From Acidimicrobiia bacterium (GTDB lineage: Bacteria; Actinomycetota; Acidimicrobiia; Actinomarinales; Actinomarinaceae): a DNA stretch of 64,000 nt. The DNA is taken from positions 5,029-69,028 of the forward strand of contig JAONAZ010000002.1 in the NCBI GenBank assembly GCA_028376655.1, in the 5' to 3' direction. The notes below the pieces were generated by a model. The model was not told the DNA's origin and did not search any database. It saw only the letters and a program-made list of their open reading frames with translations. Of this stretch, positions 1-9,193 are shown in pieces. Position 1 is the first letter of the stretch. Each line of letters begins with the position of its first letter. The position numbers and the translations under genes are program-made.

Positions 1-63
1 GTTTACACAAGCAGCGTGTCCATGCAGATACACCATTATATTTTTACACCAGCTACACATTAA
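1..63 (+). CDS. 3' end of an unidentified CDS entering from upstream of the window (...VYTSSVSMQIHHYIFTPATH*)
   Basis: Frame +1 is open from base 1 to TAA at 61-63. This is 1 nt from the convergent sodX stop, fitting the zero-spacer convergent architecture of the window. 20 aa is too short to assign a product. Confidence 0.25.
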   Translation, partial: VYTSSVSMQIHHYIFTPATH

Positions 64-64
64 G

Positions 65-565
65 TTACTCATATGTTTTAAATCTATAATATGGCCAATA
101 GCGCATCTTAAGCTTCCAACATTCTAAATATTTAATAGGACCTATAGTCCTAGAGTCACTAGAAGATAAAGTACGTTGATCGCCTAATACAAATATTTCA
201 TCATCCCTTAATTGAACCTTTACAAAATCATCAACAAAACTTTTAGCCCAAGGATCATTTATTTTCTCGGAGTTTATCAATATAGAGCCTTCTTGTGAGT
301 CAACTTCCTCACCAGGAAGACCTATAACTCTTTTAACAACATCAATATTTTTTTCATTGTTGTTAAATATAACGATGTCTCCTCTGGCAGGTTTATCTTT
401 TAATTTTGACGCAAGTACAAATTCGTTCGGAAGAAGTGAAGGTTTCATACTTTCTTCTTTGATTTCATATGCTCTAATTGATTTATTTTCATTTCGGAAA
501 ACTATATATAACAAAAAGGCAAAAAATGTTTTTAAGTTAACTATCTTTAATATGTTTTTAATCAT
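65..565 (-). CDS. sodX: Ni-SOD maturation protease SodX (S26 signal-peptidase-I-like)
   Basis: S26 motifs are present: catalytic Ser box SMKPSL, GDIVIF, Lys box VKRVIGLPGE, GDQR..SSDSR. It lies divergently adjacent to sodN, the classic sodX/sodN pair. Confidence 0.8.
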   Translation of the reverse strand: MIKNILKIVNLKTFFAFLLYIVFRNENKSIRAYEIKEESMKPSLLPNEFVLASKLKDKPARGDIVIFNNNEKNIDVVKRVIGLPGEEVDSQEGSILINSEKINDPWAKSFVDDFVKVQLRDDEIFVLGDQRTLSSSDSRTIGPIKYLECWKLKMRYWPYYRFKTYE

Positions 566-611
566 AAATTCTTATCTTACTAAAGTTAATAGTAGTTAAT
601 TAAGGAGATTT

Positions 612-998
612 ATGAAATTATTTAAACCAACAAGAATTGCATATGCGCATTGTGATTTGCCTTGTGGAGTATACGATCCAGCGCAGGCACGTATTGAAGC
701 AGAGTCAGTATTAAATGCATCAAAAAAATATCAAGATTCAGATGATGCTAGCTTCAAGCAAAGATGTGTAACTATAAAAGAAGAAAGAGCTGAAGAAGTA
801 AAGCACCATCTATGGGTATTGTGGACAGACTACTTTAAACCAGAGCATCTTGAAAGATTTCCTAATCTTCATGATTTATTCTGGAATGCAACTAAAAAAG
901 CTGGAGAAGCTAAAAAGACAGAAGATCCTAAAGTTGGTGAAGAGTTGATTGCTTTAATCGACGAGATAGATTCAATTTTTAAAGAATCAAAGTCCTAG
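612..998 (+). CDS. sodN: Nickel superoxide dismutase precursor
   Basis: A 12-aa leader (MKLFKPTRIAYA) is followed by the Ni-hook HCDLPCGVYDP. Size is 128 aa. AAGGAG Shine-Dalgarno sits upstream. Confidence 0.93.
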   Translation: MKLFKPTRIAYAHCDLPCGVYDPAQARIEAESVLNASKKYQDSDDASFKQRCVTIKEERAEEVKHHLWVLWTDYFKPEHLERFPNLHDLFWNATKKAGEAKKTEDPKVGEELIALIDEIDSIFKESKS

Positions 999-2611
999 TC
1001 AAACTTTTTAAATAGGTGCCCGATTTTAATTAATTCGGCACCTATTTTTATATCATTTAAACCCCAAAAATTCTCTGTTTCCTTTTGGATTGCTGAAGAT
1101 ACTTTCCTACTACTTGTTGGCATGAATGGATACAACAAATTTGCGCAAGCATCAATAGCTTGAAGAGCTGTATAAAGTATTCTAGCTGCACGGTCTTGGT
1201 CTTCTTTTATAACCTTCCACGGCTCTGTTTCATTTAGATAAACATTAACTTTAGAAACAAATCTCATTGATTCTTGTAAGGCTGTTTTTAACTCAACTGC
1301 TTCGATATACTTTCCAATTTGTTGAAATGCATTATCTGCTTCCTTTAATAATTCTTCATCAACATTTTCCAGCGGTGAAGGAGTTTTTATAATATCTTTG
1401 TTATTATCAATTTGAGTAAAAACTCTCTGAACTAGATTACCCCATGTTGCAACCAATTCTTCGTTATTCCTTCTAACCATTTCTTCTTCAGTTAATTCTG
1501 AATCTGATTGCTCGGGAAGAATTGAAGCTAGTGTGTATCTGATTGCATCAGGATCCCACTCTGCTAGGTAATCATCCAAACTCTTTCCAACACCCCTACT
1601 AGCTGATGCTTTTTGTCCTTTTATAAGAATATATTGGTTCGCAGGAACATTTGTAGGCATATTTAATTGACCATAGCCGGCTAATATTGCTGGCCAAATG
1701 ACAGAGTGAAACGGAACATTGTCTTTACCGATAAAATAATATGATTCAGCATCTTCTTTATGCCACCAATTTTTCCATGCATCTTCATCGCCAGAATTCT
1801 TTGCCCACTCAATAGATGCAGATAGATAACCTATCACGGCTTCAAACCATACATAGATTTTCTTACCATTCCCTAAATCATCAACTGGAATATCTATACC
1901 CCATTCAAGATCACGAGTAATTGCTCTATCCTTAAGCCCATCTTTAACAAATGATTTTGCCCAGTTGATTACATGTGGTCTCCAGTCTTCTTTTGTATCT
2001 AACCACGGAGAAAGCTTTTCTCCAAGTAGGCTTAATTTTAAAAAAAAGTGTTCAGTTTCTTTAAATTCCGCCGGATTACCTGAAAGCGTACTCACTGGAT
2101 TAATTAATTCTTCTGGATCAAGGGTGGAGCTACAGTTATCACACTGATCGCCTCTAGCTTCTCCATATTCACACTTAGGACATTGTCCCTCCACATATCT
2201 ATCAGGCAAGAATTTATTATCTATTGGATCGAAAGCTTGAAGTGTTTTTTGTTTATCGATGAAACCATTATCTAAAAGTTTGAGAAAAATATCATGGACA
2301 ACTTCTTTATGATTATCGGTCATGGTTGTTGTATAGTTATCCCAAGAAATCGATAGTTTTTCCCAATAATTTAGAAATTCATTATGGTATTTATTTACTA
2401 TATCAATTGGTTCGACACCTTCTTCATCCGCACGTACTGTAATTGGAGTACCATGAGCGTCGCTTCCAGAAACCATTAATACATTATTTCCAATAACTCT
2501 ATGATATCTTGCAAATATATCAGCTGGTAAATATGCACCACCAATATGACCTAGGTGTCTAGAACCACTGGCATAGGGCCAAGCTACTGCAACTAATATA
2601 TTTTTGGACAT
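995..2611 (-). CDS. metG: Methionyl-tRNA synthetase (short form, no C-terminal tRNA-binding domain)
   Basis: Class I HIGH-type motif (SRHLGHIGG), Zn knuckle CPKC...CDNC, KMSKS-like KASASRG. Overall MetRS similarity. Confidence 0.93.
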   Translation of the reverse strand: MSKNILVAVAWPYASGSRHLGHIGGAYLPADIFARYHRVIGNNVLMVSGSDAHGTPITVRADEEGVEPIDIVNKYHNEFLNYWEKLSISWDNYTTTMTDNHKEVVHDIFLKLLDNGFIDKQKTLQAFDPIDNKFLPDRYVEGQCPKCEYGEARGDQCDNCSSTLDPEELINPVSTLSGNPAEFKETEHFFLKLSLLGEKLSPWLDTKEDWRPHVINWAKSFVKDGLKDRAITRDLEWGIDIPVDDLGNGKKIYVWFEAVIGYLSASIEWAKNSGDEDAWKNWWHKEDAESYYFIGKDNVPFHSVIWPAILAGYGQLNMPTNVPANQYILIKGQKASASRGVGKSLDDYLAEWDPDAIRYTLASILPEQSDSELTEEEMVRRNNEELVATWGNLVQRVFTQIDNNKDIIKTPSPLENVDEELLKEADNAFQQIGKYIEAVELKTALQESMRFVSKVNVYLNETEPWKVIKEDQDRAARILYTALQAIDACANLLYPFMPTSSRKVSSAIQKETENFWGLNDIKIGAELIKIGHLFKKFD

Positions 2612-2676
2612 TCTATACCTAAGAATAGCTACTTCTCATTTCTCGTTGTGTTTAATTTAAACCTATCATAGAAAAT

Positions 2677-3339
2677 ATGGATATCATACTTGGTTCGATA
2701 GCCTCTCTAATAGGCATAGGTTTTACATTAGAGCTAATTTTTAAATCTTTTAAAAGTAAAAAACCCTATATTATTTCCTGGGCAGTTGCAGTTTTCATGT
2801 ACACAATCGCAACCATAGCTCTAGTTTCTGGTCTTATAGGGGGTTGGAATTATATGAATTTCGGTATTTTTTACTTTTTCGGAGGCATTACAAATGTACC
2901 TGCATTTGGTATTGGAAGTGCATATTTAATTTTTGATAACAATAGAGTGAATGTCATATCGGGGTTGTACATTCTCTTCGTGCTTGGAGCATTGTATTCG
3001 ATTATCGCAAGTGGTATCCCTGATTTTTCAAACATTAGCGGTATTCCTGAAGGTAGTGAATTGTATGAAATTAGCGGTCCAAGAATGTGGGCAATATTAG
3101 GTAACTCCATGGGTAGTATTTCTTTGGTCGGAATTGCTGCCTATAGTATTTACAAATTTAGAAGAGTAAATGAAGACTTGGTTACAACAAATGTATTAAT
3201 AGTTGTTGGCTCTTTTTCACCTGCACTTTCTGGTGTTCTCCTTGCTTTGGGAGATGGCGCATCAAAAACTCTTTCACTTTTAGTTGGAATGTTTTTAATT
3301 TATCTGGGTTATAGAGTTTCACAACGACCAAAAATATAA
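2677..3339 (+). CDS. Polytopic membrane protein, unknown function
   Basis: 220 aa with multiple hydrophobic helices. No recognisable family motif. Confidence 0.6.
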   Translation: MDIILGSIASLIGIGFTLELIFKSFKSKKPYIISWAVAVFMYTIATIALVSGLIGGWNYMNFGIFYFFGGITNVPAFGIGSAYLIFDNNRVNVISGLYILFVLGALYSIIASGIPDFSNISGIPEGSELYEISGPRMWAILGNSMGSISLVGIAAYSIYKFRRVNEDLVTTNVLIVVGSFSPALSGVLLALGDGASKTLSLLVGMFLIYLGYRVSQRPKI

Positions 3340-3348
3340 CTGATTCAC

Positions 3349-3386
3349 GTAACAAATAAGAAACAATTTAGTAATAATCATTTAAC
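3349..3386 (+). promoter_or_regulatory. Candidate GlnR-type operator (GTAAC-n6-GAAAC-n6-GTAAT-n6-TTAAC) upstream of amt
   Basis: Four 5-nt half sites with exact 6-nt spacers match the actinobacterial GlnR a-site/b-site pattern gTnAc-n6-GaAAc repeated twice. Located 72-109 nt upstream of the amt ATG. Confidence 0.5.
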
Positions 3387-3457
3387 TTCTACAGCGTTGT
3401 ATTAAAAAAAATCCAAACTAGATTATTTATAAATATTTATTTAAAAAAGGAATACAA

Positions 3458-4654
3458 ATGGAATTAGTAACTCACATAGATAGTCTTTGGATATTGATTG
3501 CTGGAATATTAGTAATGTTTATGCAACCGGGTTTTATGCTTGTAGAAACTGGATTTACAAGATCAAAGAACTCTGTCAATATTGTTATGAAGAACTTCAT
3601 GGACTTTTCAGTAGGAGCGCTTACTTACTGGGCCTTTGGATTTGCGTTTGCATACGGTGGTTCTACATTGGGTGGATTCATTGCATACGGAAATTTCTTC
3701 TTAGAAGGTGACTCGTCTACTTATTTCTTCCAAGTAGTCTTCGCCGCAACAGCAGCAACTATTGTATCCGGATCTGTCGCAGAGAGAACAAAATTTAGCT
3801 CATATTTACTTTTCCAACCCTTTATTTGTGGATTAATCTATCCAATAGTAACTCACTGGGTATGGAGTGGTCAGGGTTGGCTAACTGATATTGGCTTTGT
3901 AGATTTTGCGGGTTCAGGTGTTGTGCATATGGTAGGTGGTTTTGCTGCCCTTGCAGGAATACAGGTTGTTGGACCCCGTATAGGAAAATTTGATAGTAAA
4001 GGAACACCTTTTTCTATACCTGGTAGCTCCATGGTTGCTGCTGCACTGGGGGTATTTATTTTATGGTTCGGTTGGTATGGATTTAATGTCGGATCTGCTT
4101 TAGCAGCAGTGAATGTTGACTTAGCTGCAATAGCAGTAACTACAACATTGTCAGCTTCTGCTGCCTCTGTAGCTGCAATGTATACTTCAATGATCGCGGG
4201 CAAGCCGAACGTAGGGATGACATTAAATGGGGCGTTAGCGGGACTTGTCGGGATCACAGCTGGTTGTGCAAACGTAAACAACCTAGGTGCTGTCACAATT
4301 GGAGTTGTTTCAGGCGTAATTGTTGTAGGTTCAATAAACCTCATAGAAAGAAGAGGTCTAGATGATGCAGTTGGAGCTGTCTCCGTTCATGGCGTATGTG
4401 GAGCATGGGGAGTTTTAGCTGTAAGTTTATTTGATACTACAGATGGACTTTTTTATGGAGGAACATCATTAATTGTTCCACAGCTTATTGGGATTCTAGC
4501 CATTGGTTCTTGGGCATATTTAACCTCCTATGCAGTCCTGAAAGTCATTGATTTAACTCTTGGTTTAAGAGTATCTAAAGAAGAAGAGATTGCTGGTCTT
4601 GATGTTTCAGAACATGGAACATCAGCATATGGAGATTTTATTCTTAAAAAATAA
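3458..4654 (+). CDS. amt: Ammonium transporter (Amt/MEP family)
   Basis: About 11 TM helices. Amt signature blocks FAGSGVVHMVGGFAAL and VSVHGVCGAWG (twin-His pore). Confidence 0.93.
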   Translation: MELVTHIDSLWILIAGILVMFMQPGFMLVETGFTRSKNSVNIVMKNFMDFSVGALTYWAFGFAFAYGGSTLGGFIAYGNFFLEGDSSTYFFQVVFAATAATIVSGSVAERTKFSSYLLFQPFICGLIYPIVTHWVWSGQGWLTDIGFVDFAGSGVVHMVGGFAALAGIQVVGPRIGKFDSKGTPFSIPGSSMVAAALGVFILWFGWYGFNVGSALAAVNVDLAAIAVTTTLSASAASVAAMYTSMIAGKPNVGMTLNGALAGLVGITAGCANVNNLGAVTIGVVSGVIVVGSINLIERRGLDDAVGAVSVHGVCGAWGVLAVSLFDTTDGLFYGGTSLIVPQLIGILAIGSWAYLTSYAVLKVIDLTLGLRVSKEEEIAGLDVSEHGTSAYGDFILKK

Positions 4655-4673
4655 GATAATCAAAACTCAGTAT

Positions 4674-4732
4674 TAGAAAATCAGTCTTTCGTATCAAGGG
4701 TTCCCCCTTAATGTGACCAGGCTGATTTTCTA
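4674..4732 (+). other. Nested stem-loop between amt and gltB (terminator/attenuator or cis-regulatory RNA candidate)
   Basis: Outer 14-bp stem TAGAAAATCAGTCT / AGGCTGATTTTCTA with one G-U pair. Inner hairpin AAGGG-ttcc-CCCTT. The core is a local GC-rich island in AT-rich DNA, followed by a weak T-rich tract. Confidence 0.45.
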
Positions 4733-4771
4733 TTTATATGGCTAAAAATATGTAGTAAGATTATATAACTT

Positions 4772-5200
4772 ATGGGATTTGATTTTAGCGAAAGAGACTC
4801 GTGCGGAGTCGGGTTTATAGCCTCTAGAGGGCTTCCACCTACTCACGGGATGACCCTTAAAATACTGGAATGTCTATCGAATCTTGATCATAGAGGAGCT
4901 AAGTTTGCTGACGGAACTGGAGATGGAGCAGGAGTTCTAACTGAAATACCTTATGAGCTTATTAATGCGGAACTAAAAGAGAGAGACATCACACTTGGCA
5001 AAGGCAAAAAAATAGGATTAATTTCATGTTTTTTTGAAGCAAAAGAATTAAATGAATCAAAAGAAATTATTGAAAAAAAACTTTCAGATTTCAAAATTGA
5101 CCTTTTATATTGGAGAAAGGTTCCTACAGATAAAGAAATTTTAGGTACTTTAGCAAAAAAAGTCAAAGCCTGCTATTTTTCATGCTGTAATTTCTTCTGA
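4772..5200 (+). CDS. gltB: Glutamate synthase large subunit, N-terminal fragment (frameshifted)
   Basis: Ntn-amidotransferase start with catalytic Cys (RDSCGVGFIA), plus HRG and GDGAG blocks. GltB similarity ends at the A7 run 5155-5161, after which this frame gives nonsense (VKACYFSCCNFF*). Confidence 0.85.
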   Translation: MGFDFSERDSCGVGFIASRGLPPTHGMTLKILECLSNLDHRGAKFADGTGDGAGVLTEIPYELINAELKERDITLGKGKKIGLISCFFEAKELNESKEIIEKKLSDFKIDLLYWRKVPTDKEILGTLAKKVKACYFSCCNFF

Positions 5201-8200
5201 AGAAAAGAACGAAAAAATATTTGAGAAAACTTTGTATTTATTTAGAAAATCATTGGAAAAGGAAATCTCAAATCATAAGTTTCTTAATATACATATAAAT
5301 TCATGTTCTTCAAGAACAGTTGTATATAAAGGTCTCTTCACCGCAACACAGGCTTCGGATTTCTACTGGGACTTAAGAAATCCTTTATTCAAAACTAGAT
5401 TTGGTATATTTCATCAACGATTTTCAACTAATACATCTTCAACATGGGATAAAGCTCAACCTCTTCGTATGCTTGCGCATAATGGTGAAATTAATACTAT
5501 AACTTCTAATTATTCATGGATGCAAGCACGCGAAGTTGATGCTACTTCTACTTTTTGGAAGGAGGATATTGAAACTCTCAAACCCTTTATTGATGAAGAT
5601 ATATCAGATTCTGGACAATTAGATAACGCGGTTGAGCTATTAGTGCAGTCTGGTAGAACTTTAGCCCATGCTCAAGAAATGCTTATGCCTTCTGCGTGGG
5701 AGAACAACCCAAGATTTACGGAGGATGAAAAAGCATTCTATCAGTATCATTCATTTTTAACTGAACCATGGGATGGACCTGCAGCAATTGTTGCCTCTGA
5801 TGGTTTAGATATAATTGCTGGTTTAGACAGAAGCGGGTTGAGACCCATGAGATGGATGGTTTCAGATAGATATATACTTGCCGCCTCAGAGGTTGGAATT
5901 TGTCCATCAGTTGAAGCAGGAGCATACAAAACAGCACAATTAGAACCTGGTCAGACTATAAGGTACCGAATTAAAGATGATGAGTTACTCGATGAAAAAG
6001 AGGTAATTCAAAAATTAAGTCAGAAAAATCCATACAAAGAATGGGTTAATTCAAAACCTCTTAATGTAGATACAAAATTCAGCGACGTGGAAGATAAAAG
6101 TCTCAACCTCAGTTTATTATCTACTTATTTTGATTACACACCCGAGGAAGAGAGGCTCATACTCCTACCTATGCTTAAAGGAGAGGTACCTACAGGTTCA
6201 ATGGGCAATGACTCACCTTTAGGGATACTAAGTAAAAATAAACCTAGATTAAGCAGATTCTTTCATCAGTTATTTGCTCAAGTAACAAATCCACCAATAG
6301 ACCCCATTAGAGAGCGTTTTGTAATGTCTACTAAAACATATCTAGGAAGAAGAGGATCCATACTCAAAGAAACTTCACAGCAGGCTAATCTAATAACATT
6401 AAAATCACCTATTTTAAATGGTGGGACTTACGATAAATTAATTTCAGACGAATTTCTTGGAAAGAAATCCCAAGTAATTAACTTTTGTTACAACAAGGCA
6501 GAACAAGCAATCGAATCTGCATTAAAAGAATTATGTGAAAAGGTTGAAGATTCAATAATTAATAAGAAAAAATCTTTAATTATTTTATCTGATAAAGATT
6601 TAAAAATAGGTGAAAGTGTCATACCCTCACTACTTGTAGTCGGAACACTTCATCACTACTTAATTAAAAAGGGTATTAGGTTACAGGCCTCATTAATAGT
6701 TGCGTCGGGTGAAATCAGAGATGCGCATGATTTGGCGTGTCATATTTCATACGGAGCATCAGCTGTTTGGCCATATTTAGCTTTAGAAAATGTAAGAAAA
6801 CTGGCTTTATCAACACCTGATTTAGGCATCTCAGTAGCTGAAGCCCAAGAAAATTATACTCAAACTTTAAATAAAGGATTATTAAAAATAATGTCCAAGA
6901 TGGGAATCTGTACAGTGTCTTCATATAGGGGTTCCGAACTTTTTGAGATAATTGGCTTAGACAAGTTGATTATTTCAGAAGCATTTACATATTCAAAAAG
7001 TCGAACAGAAGGTATTGGATATGGAGAATTAGAGGATCAAATTAAAATCTGCTCTGAAGAAATTACTCAAGATCTAGGTGGTTTTTACAAATATAAAAAA
7101 AATGCTGAGCCTCATATAACCTCACCAGCAACAGTTTTGAGACTTCAAAAAGCAGTTAGGTCTGGAGATAGAGATATCTGGTCAGATTATCTACAAACGT
7201 TAGAAGACAGACCCGATGTACAGATACGCGATTTATTTACACTTCCTGATACAACACAGGGTTACGAGAATCAAAAAATATCTACACTAGATGAAATTTA
7301 TCAAAAATTTACAGTATCTTCTATGTCTCTAGGAGCATTGTCAGAAGAAGCACATCAAGCCCTAGCAATAGCAATGAATAGACTTGGGGGAAAATCAGGA
7401 TCTGGTGAAGGTGGTGAAGACCCAATACGATACGACACGGAAAAAAATTCAAAAATTAAACAAATAGCTTCCGGGAGATTTGGAGTTACGCCTGACTACT
7501 TAGCCTCTGCAGAAGAATTTCAAATAAAGATGGCACAAGGATCTAAGCCTGGTGAGGGTGGACAGCTACCTGGTTTCAAGGTAGATTCACATATTGCAAA
7601 ATTAAGACACACAATGGAAGGAGTTACGCTTATTTCCCCACCTCCTCACCACGATATATATTCAATTGAAGATTTAGCACAGCTAATTTACGATTTAAAA
7701 ACATTTAATCCAACTAATCCTGTAAATGTAAAACTTGTTTCAGAACCGGGTGTGGGAACAATAGCTGTTGGAGTTGCTAAAGCTGGTGCCGATATAATTA
7801 CAATTGCTGGCAGTGATGGAGGTACAGGAGCTAGCCCTTGGACAAGTATCAAACATGCAGGATCTCCATGGGAACTAGGACTAAGTGAAACTCACCAAGC
7901 ATTAGTTTTAAATAATATGAGAGATAAAGTACTCCTTGAAGTGGACGGAGGTCTTCGTTCTGCAAAAGATGTAATAATTGCAACCACCTTAGGTGCTGAC
8001 AGGTTTGGTTTCGGAACACTACCACTTTTAGCATTAGGCTGCAAGATGGTAAGACAATGCCATGAAAATACATGTCCCGTTGGCATTGCGACTCAAGATG
8101 AAAATTTAAGAGCAAAATTTAATGGAGCACCTGAGCAAGTTATGCAGTTATTTACTTTCCTCGCTGAAGATGTGCAAAAGTATTTACGATTATTCAATGT

Positions 8201-9149
8201 AGAAAAATTAGATGATTTAATTGGTCATGCTGACCTACTTGGACTTAAAGTTTTGAATAACAACCTTCCTAGTAGCTTGCATAAGCTTCTTGTAAATGCT
8301 GTTGCAGAAAAAAAACATCCCGGTTTTATAAAACATGAAGAAGGAAGACTATCAAGGAGAATAACTTCAGAAGTCATCAAATCATTGAATGCAAACAAAG
8401 AATCTTTTTTACAATATCCAATATCTAATGAAGATAGAAGCATAGGGGCAAGGCTTTCCGGCGAGATTTCTATAAATAAGTTAAACAAACAAATTGAAAA
8501 AAATCCATGTCGAATTAGCCTTTCTGGTTCTGCCGGTCAAAGTTTTGGAGCATTTATAAGGGATGGAATTAATCTAAAACTAACTGGAAGTGCCAATGAT
8601 TATGTTGGTAAAGGTATGGGTGGTGGAAGTATAACAATAATACCTCAGGGTCAAAAGATGCAAGGCGCATACCATGCAGCTGGGAATGCTCTTTTATATG
8701 GAGCAACTGGCGGGCAGTTATTTATATCCGGTAGAGTAGGACAGAGATTTGGAGTAAGAAATAGTGGGGCTATTGCTGTTGTTGAAGGCTGTAGTGCTCA
8801 TGCAGCTGAATATATGACAGGAGGCACCTTAGTAATTCTTGGAGATATAGGATTTAATTTTGGGGCAGGAATGACTGGTGGAAAGGTAATAGTTTTAAAT
8901 ACACAGAAAAGTTTTAATCAATATATATCACAATCTGCACCAACATCACATGCATTAAATGAAATAGATAGCCTTGATTTAAAGACTTTATTACAAAAAC
9001 ATATTGAACAAACAGGTTCTGAGTTAGCATCCAAATTATTAAATAAAGAAAACTCATGGCACAAAATATTTACGGTTTTTGGTGGAATTGCTGAAATTAC
9101 AGAAAAAGAAGTTGTAAACGTTGAAAGTAAAATAAAAGCGTTAGATTAA
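5157..9149 (+). CDS. gltB: Glutamate synthase large subunit, remainder (+1 frame relative to the N-terminal fragment)
   Basis: This frame is open from 5154 and reads KKSKPAIFHAVI..., continuing GltB similarity (VYKG, HQRFSTNT, LAHNGEINT, FMN/Fe-S domain, C-terminal GXGXG beta-helix repeats). Combined length is about 1458 aa. Confidence 0.9.
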   Translation, partial: KKSKPAIFHAVISSEEKNEKIFEKTLYLFRKSLEKEISNHKFLNIHINSCSSRTVVYKGLFTATQASDFYWDLRNPLFKTRFGIFHQRFSTNTSSTWDKAQPLRMLAHNGEINTITSNYSWMQAREVDATSTFWKEDIETLKPFIDEDISDSGQLDNAVELLVQSGRTLAHAQEMLMPSAWENNPRFTEDEKAFYQYHSFLTEPWDGPAAIVASDGLDIIAGLDRSGLRPMRWMVSDRYILAASEVGICPSVEAGAYKTAQLEPGQTIRYRIKDDELLDEKEVIQKLSQKNPYKEWVNSKPLNVDTKFSDVEDKSLNLSLLSTYFDYTPEEERLILLPMLKGEVPTGSMGNDSPLGILSKNKPRLSRFFHQLFAQVTNPPIDPIRERFVMSTKTYLGRRGSILKETSQQANLITLKSPILNGGTYDKLISDEFLGKKSQVINFCYNKAEQAIESALKELCEKVEDSIINKKKSLIILSDKDLKIGESVIPSLLVVGTLHHYLIKKGIRLQASLIVASGEIRDAHDLACHISYGASAVWPYLALENVRKLALSTPDLGISVAEAQENYTQTLNKGLLKIMSKMGICTVSSYRGSELFEIIGLDKLIISEAFTYSKSRTEGIGYGELEDQIKICSEEITQDLGGFYKYKKNAEPHITSPATVLRLQKAVRSGDRDIWSDYLQTLEDRPDVQIRDLFTLPDTTQGYENQKISTLDEIYQKFTVSSMSLGALSEEAHQALAIAMNRLGGKSGSGEGGEDPIRYDTEKNSKIKQIASGRFGVTPDYLASAEEFQIKMAQGSKPGEGGQLPGFKVDSHIAKLRHTMEGVTLISPPPHHDIYSIEDLAQLIYDLKTFNPTNPVNVKLVSEPGVGTIAVGVAKAGADIITIAGSDGGTGASPWTSIKHAGSPWELGLSETHQALVLNNMRDKVLLEVDGGLRSAKDVIIATTLGADRFGFGTLPLLALGCKMVRQCHENTCPVGIATQDENLRAKFNGAPEQVMQLFTFLAEDVQKYLRLFNVEKLDDLIGHADLLGLKVLNNNLPSSLHKLLVNAVAEKKHPGFIKHEEGRLSRRITSEVIKSLNANKESFLQYPISNEDRSIGARLSGEISINKLNKQIEKNPCRISLSGSAGQSFGAFIRDGINLKLTGSANDYVGKGMGGGSITIIPQGQKMQGAYHAAGNALLYGATGGQLFISGRVGQRFGVRNSGAIAVVEGCSAHAAEYMTGGTLVILGDIGFNFGAGMTGGKVIVLNTQKSFNQYISQSAPTSHALNEIDSLDLKTLLQKHIEQTGSELASKLLNKENSWHKIFTVFGGIAEITEKEVVNVESKIKALD

Positions 9150-9193
9150 AAATTCCTCTGTTAAAAAATAACGACTTCATTTATCATAGAACT

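Noticed and set aside
3871-4344. Long nested antisense ORFs inside amt. Similar cases: 357-599, 11877-12218, 32112-32396, 55300-55581, 59518-59859, 63131-63418.
   Set aside because: Each lies fully inside a gene with strong family similarity on the other strand and has no recognisable features of its own.
4674-4732. Identification of the amt-gltB hairpin as a glutamine (glnA-motif) riboswitch
   Set aside because: I could not find the conserved glnA-motif or Downstream-peptide core nucleotides. It is kept only as an unclassified structured element.
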